A DNA stretch of 64,000 bases. It comes from the human T2T-CHM13v2.0 reference genome, Homo sapiens. This document shows positions 1 to 15,188 of this stretch, piece by piece. The DNA is taken from the NCBI RefSeq assembly GCF_009914755.1, contig NC_060947.1; one strand, given 5' to 3'. Numbering within the stretch: position 1 is the first letter of the stretch; each line of letters begins with the position of its first letter. The notes under the pieces were generated by a model. The model was not told the DNA's origin. It saw nothing but the letters and a program-made list of their open reading frames with translations, and ran no database searches. A program made the position numbers and the translations under genes.

Positions 1-369
1 GTTTCAGAAAAGATAGGTATAAGATAAATCATTGTATTCCAATTTCTCTCCTTTGTTTTCATTATAAAACTGGAAATTAAATTCTTTTATGCAGAAAAGG
101 TATGGTTCCCAAATGTAATAAAATTAATTTTAAAATGAATCCGATTTTGAACATATTTAAAATAAAAACAAATTTCTGAAAAAATGTTTGTAGTATTATG
201 TCACAAAGTAAATATAAAATAGTTGTCTCTTGCCTACTTACCATGCACAAGGTATTTATATGCATCAGTTTGTGTGCATTATCATGTTTAGTACTAAAAC
301 TAGTTGTATGAGATTTTTACTGCTATAAATATCATTTTAAAGAAGAGCCTGGGTTGTTATGTTGTGGTC

Positions 370-545
370 AGACAAATGTGGATTCATTCCTGGCTCCACC
401 ACTTACCAGCTGAATGACTTTGGTCAAGTTAGTTAACCTCTCCAAATTAAAATTTTCTTATCTGTAAAATAAGGACAATGTAAAAATAGTATCTGCTTCA
501 TGGTGGGATTATGAGATAATGCATGAAAATAACTTAGCTACTTGC
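370..545 (+). mobile_element. MIR fragment
   Basis: MIR core-like text (cctggctccaccacttaccagctg...tctgtaaaat). Confidence 0.6.
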
Positions 546-564
546 TGGGGACACAGGAAGCTTG

Positions 565-2030
<1,466 letters not shown>

Positions 2031-2058
2031 TTTTCTTTTCATTTTAATACTTTATCAG

Positions 2059-2147
2059 GTGCAACCCAGTTTATGCCTGACCCCAAGCTCATGGATCACG
2101 GGCAGTCCCACCCAGAAGATATAGATATGTACAGCACTAGAAGCTGA
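2059..2147 (+). CDS. APOOL: APOOL (MICOS subunit MIC27) last coding exon
   Basis: Acceptor tttatcAG (2057-2058), then (G)GT-GCA-ACC-CAG... = (G)ATQFMPDPKLMDHGQSHPEDIDMYSTRS, TGA at 2145-2147. Recognised as the APOOL C-terminus. Upstream exons lie outside the window. Confidence 0.93.
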
Positions 2148-2460
2148 AGTAGACTGCATGCAGAGACTACACAGAAAACTACAAGATGTGTGGCGTTGCA
2201 AATAATGATGAAAATAAATCATGTAATGGGTAACTGATACATAGAGTATTACCTAAACCAAGTTTCTCCCTTACATTTCCAAATATGCCATTTGATAAAT
2301 TACATAAGTGGTTAACACACAAACTGTGAATGCAGTGTAAACAATATTAAATGATTGATGAGGAGACTTAGGTAGAAGTATTAGCTTGCATTTGATGACC
2401 TTTAAGGGCACTTAAAAAAAAATGAAGACATGAATTCTAGTGAGATTAAAATCTAAAAAT

Positions 2461-3203
2461 ACATATATATATATGTATGTATAAATACATACATATTTAT
2501 ACATGTATAAATACGTATTTATACATATATGTATAAATACGTATTAATACATATATGTATAAATACGTATTAATACATATATGTATAAATACATACATAT
2601 TTATACATATATGTATACATACATATTTATACATATATATGTATAAATACATACATATTTATACATATATATGTATAAATACGTACATATTTATACATAT
2701 ATATGTATAAATACGTACATATTTATACATATATATGTATAAATACGTACATATTTATACATATATATGTATAAATACGTACATATTTATACATATATAT
2801 GTATAAATACGTACATATTTATACATATATATGTATAAATACGTACATATTTATACATATATATGTATAAATACGTACATATTTATACATATATGTATAA
2901 ATACGTACATATTTATACATATATGTATAAATACATATACATATTTATACATATATGTATAAATACATATACATATTTATACATATATGTATAAATACAT
3001 ATACATATATGTATAAATACATATACATATTTATACATATATGTATAAATACATACATATTTATACATATATGTATAAATACATACATATTTATACATAT
3101 ATGTATAAATACATACATATTTATACATATATATGTATAAATACATACATATTTATACATATATATGTATAAATACATACATATTTATACATATAAACAT
3201 ATA
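2461..3203. repeat. AT-rich minisatellite (about 26-32-bp unit, e.g. TGTATAAATACGTACATATTTATACATATATA)
   Basis: Direct tandem array visible in the sequence; it generates the spurious repetitive ORFs at 2913-3178. Confidence 0.95.
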
Positions 3204-4050
3204 TTTCTGCTCTAGCTTTCCCAGATTAATGCTAGTTAAATTAGAATGGTGTATGGAAAGGTGTGTTTCCCTCTGTTTTTTTTTTTTTTTTTTTTTTTTT
3301 TTTTCCCATTTCCTAGAGCTGGAATAAAATATCCATGTTTTATGGGACTTGAGCTTGGCTTTGTCCCTTGGTTTTGTTAATGTTAATTCCTCTTAAATAT
3401 CTAAAAACATCTCTACCTATTTGAGAGGGCCATATGCTACACAGGCTTCCTAATACTGCTTAGCAATCCTTCTACTGGTTCCTAAGTGGTTTACTATTGT
3501 GTTCCCTGGAAGAGGTATTACAAACGTTTTATTCTTCTCAAGCCTCTTAGAACTGTCAAAGTTGACTGTGCCTCCTATTTCATAGAGAAAAAACTAAATT
3601 ATTAGATATGACCATTCCCAAAACTTCTTCCCATCTACCTTCAAGACTTACCTCTTTTCAGCCATGCATCCCCCTTTTCTAAGACATGCTTCTCTTTGTG
3701 TTCTTGACCTCATTCCTTCCCATCTAAGACCATATTCCACCCTGTTTAATTTCTAGTCTTCGGTTTCTCTTTTTACAGTGAGCAAATTAGAAGAATAGGT
3801 TAGAAGAATAGGGTAGTAGATACTGTAGTTTCTTTCCTCCACCTCTACATAGCTGCAGGTCTTCTCTGTCTTAAATCAACAATAACAAAACAAGACAAAA
3901 ACCTTTCCTTAACTTGGCCTCTTCCCTTGAACTATTTTTTCTCTCTCCTTCCTATAATTGTTATACTTCTTTAAAAAGTAATTGTTACTTTTTGACAAAA
4001 GTAAATATTGTCCCTTTTTTCCCTACTTTCAAGTCCTCTCTGTCTTGTGA

Positions 4051-4386
<336 letters not shown>

Positions 4387-4854
4387 TGACTCTTCACCAC
4401 TCTCTCCTTGAGACTCACTTATCCCTTTGCTCTCTATTTTTCCTGCTTTTGTTATTCTTCATTTTTCTTCTCTTGCTCTGAATCCCTTAAATGCTGAGGC
4501 TGCTCAAGTTTCATCCCTAGTCCTATTTTCTCATTCTATATGCACACTCATTTTTCATTTAACAGACTTCACTGGCTTCAGGCACCATTTGTTTTATTAT
4601 TCATATTTTCAACCCCCATATCTCTCTAGTGCTGTAGACCTTTATTTCTACTTACTAGTTATATTCACCTAACATCCCATAGATATGCCAATGTCAATGT
4701 GCCTAAAACAAAATTGTCTCTACCTCCCGCTCCTTCAAATCTATTCTGTCTTCTCTAATCCTATAATTACTCTCCCTCAAGTCATCATCATCACTTTTCT
4801 GGGTTACTGTAATAGCCTTCAGGCTAATTTGCTCACTGTCAATCTTGCTGTCTC

Positions 4855-5370
4855 TCATTTCAGAATATGTTCTGCTTGCAGGTGACAGTAAACTAGTTAA
4901 ACAAATATTTAATATTAGCTTAAGCAAAAAAAAAAAAAAAGGCCTATCCTATTTATAGCCTAGAATTAGGCAGTATAGGGTTGGGACAGTGGCTCATTGG
5001 TGCTATCAAGGACGTAGACTTTTTCTCTTTCCACTCTGTCCTCTACAGCATGCTGGTTTGTCACCTCATGGTCACAAGATGTCTGCTGTACCTCCAGGGA
5101 GCAGATACACATTCAAAGTAGGAAATAGCAGATAAAAATGTACACAAGATGCGTCTGACTCCCTTTTACCAGAAAAGTAAATGCTTTCTTAGAATCTCCT
5201 CAGAAGACCTCTGTGTATATCTCAACCAGTACTTGTCATATAGCCACACACTTAGCTCAAGGAAGATAGGGAATAGGGAAATCATGTTTCTTTTCCCCTG
5301 TGGTGAGGAAGGCAAGGGGTAAGGGGTTGGGAACAGGTGCTGAATTAAAGCTAACATACAGTATCTACTA
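4855..5370. mobile_element. MLT1-type MaLR LTR remnant
   Basis: MLT1-like motifs (ctcatggtcacaagatg, catatagccacacacttagc); boundaries approximate. Confidence 0.5.
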
Positions 5371-5784
5371 CCCTATTCTTCTAACCCATTTGTCTATTAT
5401 GATATAGTTGTCTTGACAACTATAATGAATAGCTGTCTTTCTGAAATCTTTAGTGGCTCATCATTGCCTGCAGAATCAAAACTCCTTAGTCTGATATACA
5501 AGGCCCTTCATATCTGATTCCAGCTTACCTTCTAATCCTATCTTCCCTCTCCTTACCCACCCTACTGCTAATGTGTATTATATTGTCTTTATGACATACC
5601 ATTTGTTTCTTGAACATGCTTTGCTCATTATTGCCTCTTTCTCTGCCTGTGCTAGTGTGTCCTCTTAGAATGTTCTTCCATCTTATCCTGCTCTACATTC
5701 TAACTTCTACCCATCCTACAAGTCCAATTCCAGTGTCATGTTCCCTTTCTCAATCCTCCAGGGTAGAATTTAGATGTTCTGTCT

Positions 5785-5888
5785 TTTAGAGATAGGTATT
5801 GCTATGTTGCCCAGGCTGGTCTCAAACTCATGGCCTCAAGCGATCCTCCCACCTCAGCCAACCAGACATGAGTGACTGTGCTCAGCCT
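5785..5888 (-). mobile_element. FLAM/partial Alu monomer
   Basis: tgttgcccaggctggtctcaaactc...ctcagcc. Confidence 0.75.
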
Positions 5889-5894
5889 TTTTTA

Positions 5895-6336
<442 letters not shown>

Positions 6337-6879
6337 TTACTTATGAAAAACTAGCAAGTGATAGCTGGTATTTACAGATATGGTACTTTACACAATTTAT
6401 GTAATTAATATTTTCTCACAGACAAGGTTCCTTGTGGATATCACTGAATAATTTTTGTGTAGTTTCTATGCCCATGAAGTGCCTGGTAGGTAGTAGGAAC
6501 TCACACGTTCTGCTATGCTGGTTGCAGCACAGGACACAAAAGTTAGAATTATTTCAAAGGACTTATACTCTACTAGGAAAGAGAGAAACATAGAAATATA
6601 GTGTTGTATGTGGTATCTTCCCTAAGATAAGTACAACCAAAGAGCTATGGATGTTCAGAGATAGAATGTAGTACTGGGATGATGTCAAGGAGGCAGTGGT
6701 ACTTAAGCTGCTCAAGGTAGGGAAGCAGTTTACTTGCTAGTTTTTCATAAGTAAGCTCTTCAGAATTTATCTCCAGTATTTGAAATGAATTTTTTTAAAC
6801 CTCAGATCTGAATATATTCAAACACCCATATTTCATCAAATCTAAGGCATATCATATACCTTTAATTTAAAAAAAAATG

Positions 6880-6997
6880 CTGAGCAGAGTTGCTTATGTC
6901 TGGGAGGCTGAAGTGGGAGGATTGCTTGAGGCCAAAAGTTTGAGACCAGCCTGAGCAACATAGCAAGATCCTGCCTCTAAAAACAAACAAACAAAAA
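6880..6997 (+). mobile_element. FLAM/partial Alu monomer
   Basis: gggaggctgaagtgggaggattgcttgagg...agcaagatcc. Confidence 0.7.
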
Positions 6998-7349
6998 ATG
7001 CTGCCAGTTGATCATTACATTTATCCCGACATCAGATATGTCAAATTGTGAAAAGCACCTTAATTTTGATGAAATATGATAGGTAAAAAATAGCGCAAAG
7101 CTAAGTATAAGTGACTTTTAAATTATCTGCTCTTTTGGATTATCACTACTGCTACTAGCCGTTAGAATATTGGTTTGGATAATGGAAAGTTGACTAGAGC
7201 TACAAAATCTGTTTCAAAATAAAAGATCTGCTCAAACAAGAATGTGATGATCACTTGCTGTATTGTACAACAAAGTCAAACTGCTGTTAGACTCAGGTGA
7301 CAGTCAAATGTTGGAGGCTGTGTTGGGATGAGTTGTTACAAAGCCTCTT

Positions 7350-7520
7350 TCATTCTTCCCATGCCATGTCCAGGAGTTCTTCTCTGTTAAACCTGAAGAG
7401 ATGCCAGCCCTCCTCAGAGGAAAGGTCTAAAGCCCCTCGACTAGTATAGTAGTTGATAGAAGCCTGGTTCCAAATGACGACAAGAAAGTGCATGCAGTTA
7501 CATTGAGTTGTGATGGCTAT
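7350..7520 (-). CDS. SATL1: SATL1 last coding exon (IAITTQCNC...LLDMAWEE*)
   Basis: 171 nt after aaacAG, within ORF 7350-7580; homologous to the SAT1 C-terminus (...DLSSEEGW...MATEE). Joined CDS = 695 aa. Confidence 0.95.
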   Translation of the reverse strand: MAITTQCNCMHFLVVIWNQASINYYTSRGALDLSSEEGWHLFRFNREELLDMAWEE

Positions 7521-8143
7521 CTGTTTAAAAACAAACAAGCAAATATTACTTTCATTTGAAAGTATAATCTTCGTTAACACATATATTTTATTGAAGGTCT
7601 ACTCTATGCAAGACACTATGTGTGAATAATACTTCCAAATATAGTAGTTACCTTTTGAACTTTTCTATAGCTGTAAAAAGAAAAAAGTCTCACTGTTCTG
7701 AGCTTTAAAGCCCTCTTTAAAATCTCAAAACTGATTTGCAAAGCCTTTATCATACAGAAAAGGTGTACCTAAAAGAACACATGTTCTCATATGTTTCCAA
7801 AATACAAGAAGATCTTGCTTTTATAGTCTTGTAATATTCATACTGTGAGCCTGTGTTTTTGAATAAAAATGCTTTCTAATCTCCCTCCTTCTTACTTTCC
7901 CTTGATAGCAAAAAGGGTGTATAGTGTGGTTGTGGATTATATATAAATCAATTTTAATTGACTATAATTCATATACTGTATATGATCATCTGATTTGAAA
8001 ATCCAGTTTAATTTGGGTAGAAATTTGAAGTATATGTTGGGGTTATGTTCAAATGGTGAGATTAATGATTTAATTTATGCCCTGTGAATATTTATTAAGA
8101 AAAGGTTAATGTATAGAATATCAATACTAATTGTAATACATAC

Positions 8144-8184
8144 CTGACTTAGCCTCTTCAGCATTTCAGCTCCAATACCTAGGC
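8144..8184 (-). CDS. SATL1: SATL1 coding exon 5 (GLGIGAEMLKRLSQ), acetyl-CoA loop
   Basis: 41 nt, weak aaAG acceptor and CAG|GTATGT donor; completes the Q-G-L-G-I-G GNAT motif A. Confidence 0.9.
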
Positions 8185-8549
8185 CTTTTAAATAGACAAT
8201 GCAAAGTGAAAACTGCAAATTTCACTTAACTTGTTATTTGCTTTAGTTTAAAATAAATAATATCTAAAACTCTGTATCTGTTTTTTGTATATTATTAATA
8301 GCTTCTGGAAACACAACTCGTGAATGCTTTCATATCCCTTTTTCCTAATTGGAATGACGTACCAAAGGTCATAGAAGAGTTTGGGTTTATTTTAAAGATC
8401 AGTGAAGAAGTGAGTCTCTGCCACTATTGTCTTATAACGGTATATTTCTTAGCTGTTTTTACTGAAAACCACCTAAAATGTGAAAGCATTTTTTAAAGAT
8501 AAAAGTATAGCTGTGTGGCCTATACTCACACGATGGCTCACACATGTGA

Positions 8550-8838
8550 TGGCACGATGGCTCACACCTGTAATCCCAGCACTTTGGGAGGCCAAGGCAG
8601 GAGGATCACTTGAGCCCAGGAGTTTGAGACCAGCCTGGGCAACACAGACCCTGTTTCTCCAAAAAATAAAGAATTAGCTGGGTGCTGTGGCACATGCCTG
8701 TAGCCCCAGCTACTTGGGAGGCTGAGGTGGGAGGATTGCTTGAGTGTAGGAGGTTGAGGTTACAATGAGTCGTGATCACACCACTGCATTCTAGCCTGGG
8801 TGACAGAAAACCCTGTCTCAAAAACAAAATAAAAAAAT
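8550..8838 (+). mobile_element. AluJ element in a SATL1 intron
   Basis: AluJ-type ggaggatcacttgagcccaggag. Confidence 0.88.
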
Positions 8839-9086
8839 ATATAGCCATGTGATAGCTTGGCTTATTCAAACCTTGAGAGGAACTAATAAAATGTTTTTCT
8901 AATCTGTGACTGAGTCTTCACAATCACAGATTAGATCAAACTCATTAGGATAGTGATCAAACTCATTAAGTAGCAATAAGTTACATTAACTAAAACACCG
9001 TATGTATAGTAAAGCCCTATCTCCTTAAAATATGTCACTTTAATTTTTAAAGTATTTAAAAGTAATATCATAAATTTTAGTTTTAC

Positions 9087-9188
9087 CTTGGTAAGCTTGT
9101 GTGACATAAAAGTCCTCTAGGTAAAGTACCTTGCCAGTCCATGAGTCGTATGTAAAGTAGTACATGGCAAATCCAACAGTCAGTTTGC
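9087..9188 (-). CDS. SATL1: SATL1 coding exon 4 ([34 protein letters not shown])
   Basis: 102 nt within ORF 9040-9252, cctAG acceptor and G|GTAAAA donor; SAT1 signature [19 protein letters not shown]. Confidence 0.95.
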
Positions 9189-9389
9189 CTAGGAAGGGAG
9201 AAGAAAGGGTGTAGAAAGGTTGGTTGAATCTTAGCCAGTTCTTTACCCCCAAATTGAATGTCTTTTGGCGTTTGTTTAACTATTAAAGTAATAAATGCTC
9301 ACTGGAAAAAAATAACAATACAAAAACATATAGTGTAGAGGACTTAAGTCCCTTAAAATACAACCTTTAAGATATAAGCCCTCCTTTTA

Positions 9390-9710
<321 letters not shown>

Positions 9711-9874
9711 TGTTTATACAAACATAAGTACATACCATGCATTTTCTTTAAAAAAACTGGGTTTATACACATTCTCTTCTGCTTAATAGTAATTATATGC
9801 TACAAAACTGTACTATTTTTCAGCATGGAAAAAATATACTCCAGATTGAACTGGAGAAGAAAGGTTTACTCTAC

Positions 9875-9955
9875 CTGATGGTTTTTGTTGATCGTTTACT
9901 TCTGCAATCAGGCAGTAGAAAAGGGGATTGTCCCCAAAGCCATCTCTGAGTAAAT
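9875..9955 (-). CDS. SATL1: SATL1 coding exon 3 (DLLRDGFGDNPLFYCLIAEVNDQQKPS)
   Basis: 81 nt, ttcAG acceptor and G|GTAGAG donor; homologous to SAT1 [20 protein letters not shown]. Confidence 0.93.
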
Positions 9956-10503
9956 CTGAAATATCAATTCATATATAGGATGTCAGAAAGTTTATAGCAG
10001 AGAGAAGGAGATGGTGGATAGGAAGCACTAGGAATTTCTCTCTCCACCTGGATAGCAATTGTATTGGCGGAAACTGAAGTGAATATTTTGGAACTCTGGA
10101 GTTTATCTGAACATTTGCAACTTACAGGAGACAGCCTGGCTGGTCAACTGCAGTTAATTTGGATCAAATTCAGCCATCAGTGAGGTGGCAGCTACCCAAC
10201 ACTCAGCACCCTCTACTCCATGGGAACAGCAACCTGTATTTCTGTAGCAGCTTGCTGGAGCAAGGGTGACCAATAAACCTCTTGTCCTCAAAATACTGAA
10301 GTTCTGTGTTTTGACTGTGTGTTGTTACTCTGATCACTGAGGTGACGACTTGGAGGTTAACTGCCATTGTTCCAACCCCCACGAGCTGAAGTGGCTTCCA
10401 GGAGATTTAAAGGAGCTGCCCTGTTTTGTGAGACATTTGGGAATTAAAAACATATATACAGGGGAATTTAGAAAGTTACCATGTGTGACTAGATAAAGAT
10501 GGA

Positions 10504-10850
<347 letters not shown>

Positions 10851-12011
10851 TCAGGCTGATCCCTGACACAGAGAACGCCCTGTAATGCTTTAAAACAAAC
10901 TCCCATCAAATCCTGGGGAAAAAGGAGAATCTGATTTCCAGAGTTACCATAGTATAAGTTTCAAATGTCTAGCTTTCAACAAAAATCACAAGAAATGATG
11001 GTCATTCAAAGGAATAAAATACATTAACAAAAAACATAGCTGATGAAAGCCAGATGTTTGACTTACTAAACAACTTAAAACATCTGTCTTAAAGATGCCC
11101 AGAGAGATAAGACATGCACAAATACAGGAAAAATATATGTAAACAAAATAATATAGATATAAATTTTAAAAAATCCTCCCCCTAACATTCTGAAGCTTAA
11201 AAGTTCAATAACTGAAATGAAAAAAAAATGCACTGTACTGGAGGGGTTCAAAGGCACATTTGAATAAGTTGAAGAAAGAGTCTGTGAACTTGAAACTAGG
11301 CCAGGTGAAATTATTGAGTCTGAGAAACAGAAAAGGGATGAGGAAAAGTGAACAAAGCCAAAAGTGTCTGTGGAACATCATCATCATCAGGTGGAACAGG
11401 ATATATCTTGTGGGACTTAACAGGAGAGAGGGAGAGAGAGAATTTGAAAAAATAGCTGCTGAAAACCAAATTTGACATAAAACATGAATCTACAAATACA
11501 AGAAGCTCAACAAACTCTAACTAGGATACACCCAAAGAAATCCACACCAAGACACATTATAATGAAAGTCTCAAAACCAAAGACACAGAATCTTACACAG
11601 CAAGAGAAGCAATTTGTCATATATGAGGGATCCTCAATTAGATTACCATCTGCTTTCCCATCAGAAACCTTGGAAGCCAAAAAGCAGTGGATTGATATTT
11701 AAAGTCTGGGGGGCAGGGGGAGCAGGGACTGTCAACTAAGAATTTTATATCCACCAAAACTGTCCTTCAAAATGAGGGATAAATTAAGACATTCCCAAAC
11801 ACCCCCCACCCCAGCCCCCTCAAAAAAAAAAAAGAAAGAAACTGAAGGAATTCATTACCATTAGACCTGCCCAGCAAGAAATGCCAAAAGGAGTCTTTCA
11901 GGTTGAAATGAAAGTAATCTAAACAGTAACTCAAAGTTGTATGAATAAAGATTTCTGGTAAAGACAGATACATGAGCAATTATAAGAGGTAGTATTGTAA
12001 TTATGTTTATA

Positions 12012-12628
<617 letters not shown>

Positions 12629-14882
12629 TAAAGATGTAATCCCTGACATCAATAACAGAAGAGGGGGACAGAGATATATATATAAGAAGAATTTTGTATG
12701 CTATTGAAGTTAAGTTGGTTTAAATCAAAATTAGATTGTTATAACCATCAAATATAATCCCCATGGTAAACACAAAATATCTATAAAATACACACATAAG
12801 GAAATGAGAAGGAATCAAAATGTTTCACTACAAAAATAAAACACACGAAAAGGACTAATGGAGGAAAGTAGGAACAACCAAAAGCTTTAAGGCGTATGGA
12901 AGACAGTTAAATAGTACAGGTGAGTCCTTCCTCATCAGTAATTAAATGTAAATGGATTAAAGACTCCTGCCAAAACACAGAGATAGGCAGAATAGATTAA
13001 GGAAAACAAACAAAAACATGATCCAAGTATATACTGTCTACAAGAGACATACTGTAGATCCAGTCACAAATATGTTGAAAATGAAATGATGGAAAAAGGT
13101 ATTTCATGCAAATAGTAACTGAAAGAGAGCTAGGGTGGCTATACTAGTATCAGACAAAATAGACTTTAAGTCAAAAACACTTACAAGAAACAAAGTACAT
13201 TATGAAATGATAAAGGGGTTAATTCACCAAGAACATAGCATTTATAAATATACATGCATTGAACATCACAGCTCCAAAATATATGAAGCAAACACTGACA
13301 GAACTGAGAGAACTACACAGCAAGACAATAATAGGAGATTCAGTACCCCACTTTCAGTAATATATAGGACAACCAGACAGAAAAGTAGATGACTTGAACA
13401 CTGTAGACCAATTGTATCTAACAGACATATACAGAAACCTCTATCCAACTACAACAGAATACACATTTTTTTCCCTCAAGTACACATGGAACTTTCTTTA
13501 GGATAGATACATTAGGTCACATACCAAGTCTTAATAAATTTTAAAATATGAAAATCACACACAGTATTTTTTCTAATGACAATACAATGATACTAGAAAT
13601 CAGTGGGAAAAAAACTTGAGAAATTTACAAATATGTGGAAATTAAACAACGCACCGTACACAACCAATGGGTCAAAGAGGAAAGTATAAGGGAAATAGGA
13701 AAACACTTAGAGATATGAACGAAAATGAAAACACAACAAACAAAAGCTTACAAGATGAAGTGAAAGTAGTGCTCAGAGGGAAAATTATAGCTGTAAATGC
13801 CATTTAAAAAATTATCTAAAACAATAATCTAACTTTATGCCTTAAGGAACTAGAAAAAGAAGAGCAAACTAAGCCCAGAGCTTGCAGAAGTAAGGTAATA
13901 ATAAAAATTGGATAGAGATAAAATAGAGGATAGAAAAACATGGAGAAAATCAATGAAGGTTGATTATTTGAAAAGATCAACAAAATTGACAGCTAGACTG
14001 ACAAAGAGGATGCAAATAATTAAAATCAGAAATGAAAATAAGGACATTACTGCCAACACTACAACATTAAAAGGGGGTATAGAAATATTATGATTTATAT
14101 AACAACAAATTAGATAACCTAGAAGAAATGGACACATTCCTTCAAACATGCAAATTACCTAAACCTACTTAAGAAACAGAAAATCTCAACAGACCTGCAA
14201 AAGTTTGAATCAGTAATCAAAGATCTCCCAACAAAAAAAAGGAAGGAACCAAATGGCCTCATCACTGGTGAATTCTACCAAACATTTACAGAAGAATTAA
14301 TACCAGTCGTTCTCTAACTCTTCCCAAAAAATGAAGAGACGGGAACACTTTGTAATTAATTCCGTGAGGTCAGCATTACTCTGATTCCAAAGGCAGTCAA
14401 AGATATTAGAAGAAAGTTACAGGCCAATATTCCTTAATAATATAGGTTAAAAAATTCTCCACAAAATTGGAAATTGAACTCAACAGCATATTAAAGGGAT
14501 TATTCACCATAATCAAGTGTGATTTATCCTAGGAACGTAAGGGTGCACCAACATAAGAATATCAATTTAATACATCATATTAATGAAACAAAGGGGGAAA
14601 AACCCACATAATCAAATCAATGAATGCCGAAAAAGGTGTTTGACTAAAGCACAACACTTTCATGATAAAAGCTTTTATAAAACTAGGAATAGAGGGACAT
14701 TCCTCAACATGATACAGCGTACTTATGAAAACGACATTATACTCAATGGTGAATGACTGAAAACATTCCCCTAAGATTAGGAAGAAGACAAAGATTCCCA
14801 CTTTCACCACTGGTATTCAACATTGTACTGGAAGTTATGGCCAGAGCTATTAGACAAGAAAAATAAATAAAAACCATCCATA

Positions 14883-15188
14883 GGCCAGGCCCAGTGTCTT
14901 ACGCCTGTAATCCCAACACTTTGGGAGGCCAAGGCAGGTGGATCACCTGACGTCAGGAGTTTGTGACCAGTCTGGCCAACATGGTGAAACCCCATCTCTA
15001 CTAAAAATACAAAAATTAGCCAGGTGTGGTGGCATGTGCCTGTAATCCCAGCTACTCGGGAGGCAGAGGCAGGAGAATTGCTTTAACCTGGGACATGGAG
15101 GTTGCAGTGAGCCAAGATCGTGCCAATGCACAACAGAGCAAGACTCTGTCTCAAAACAAAACAAAACGAAACAAAAAAACAAAAAAAA
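14883..15188 (+). mobile_element. AluS element nested in L1M
   Basis: Dimeric Alu, flanked by ATCCATA on both sides. Confidence 0.9.

Noticed and set aside
2461-3203. CRISPR-like array or Pumilio-site sponge
   Set aside because: There are no unique spacers and the context is eukaryotic. The repeated motifs (TGTATAAATA, CGTACATA) are not the canonical UGUAHAUA element.
2913-3327. Repetitive YMYK/FIHIC ORFs
   Set aside because: Translations of the AT minisatellite.
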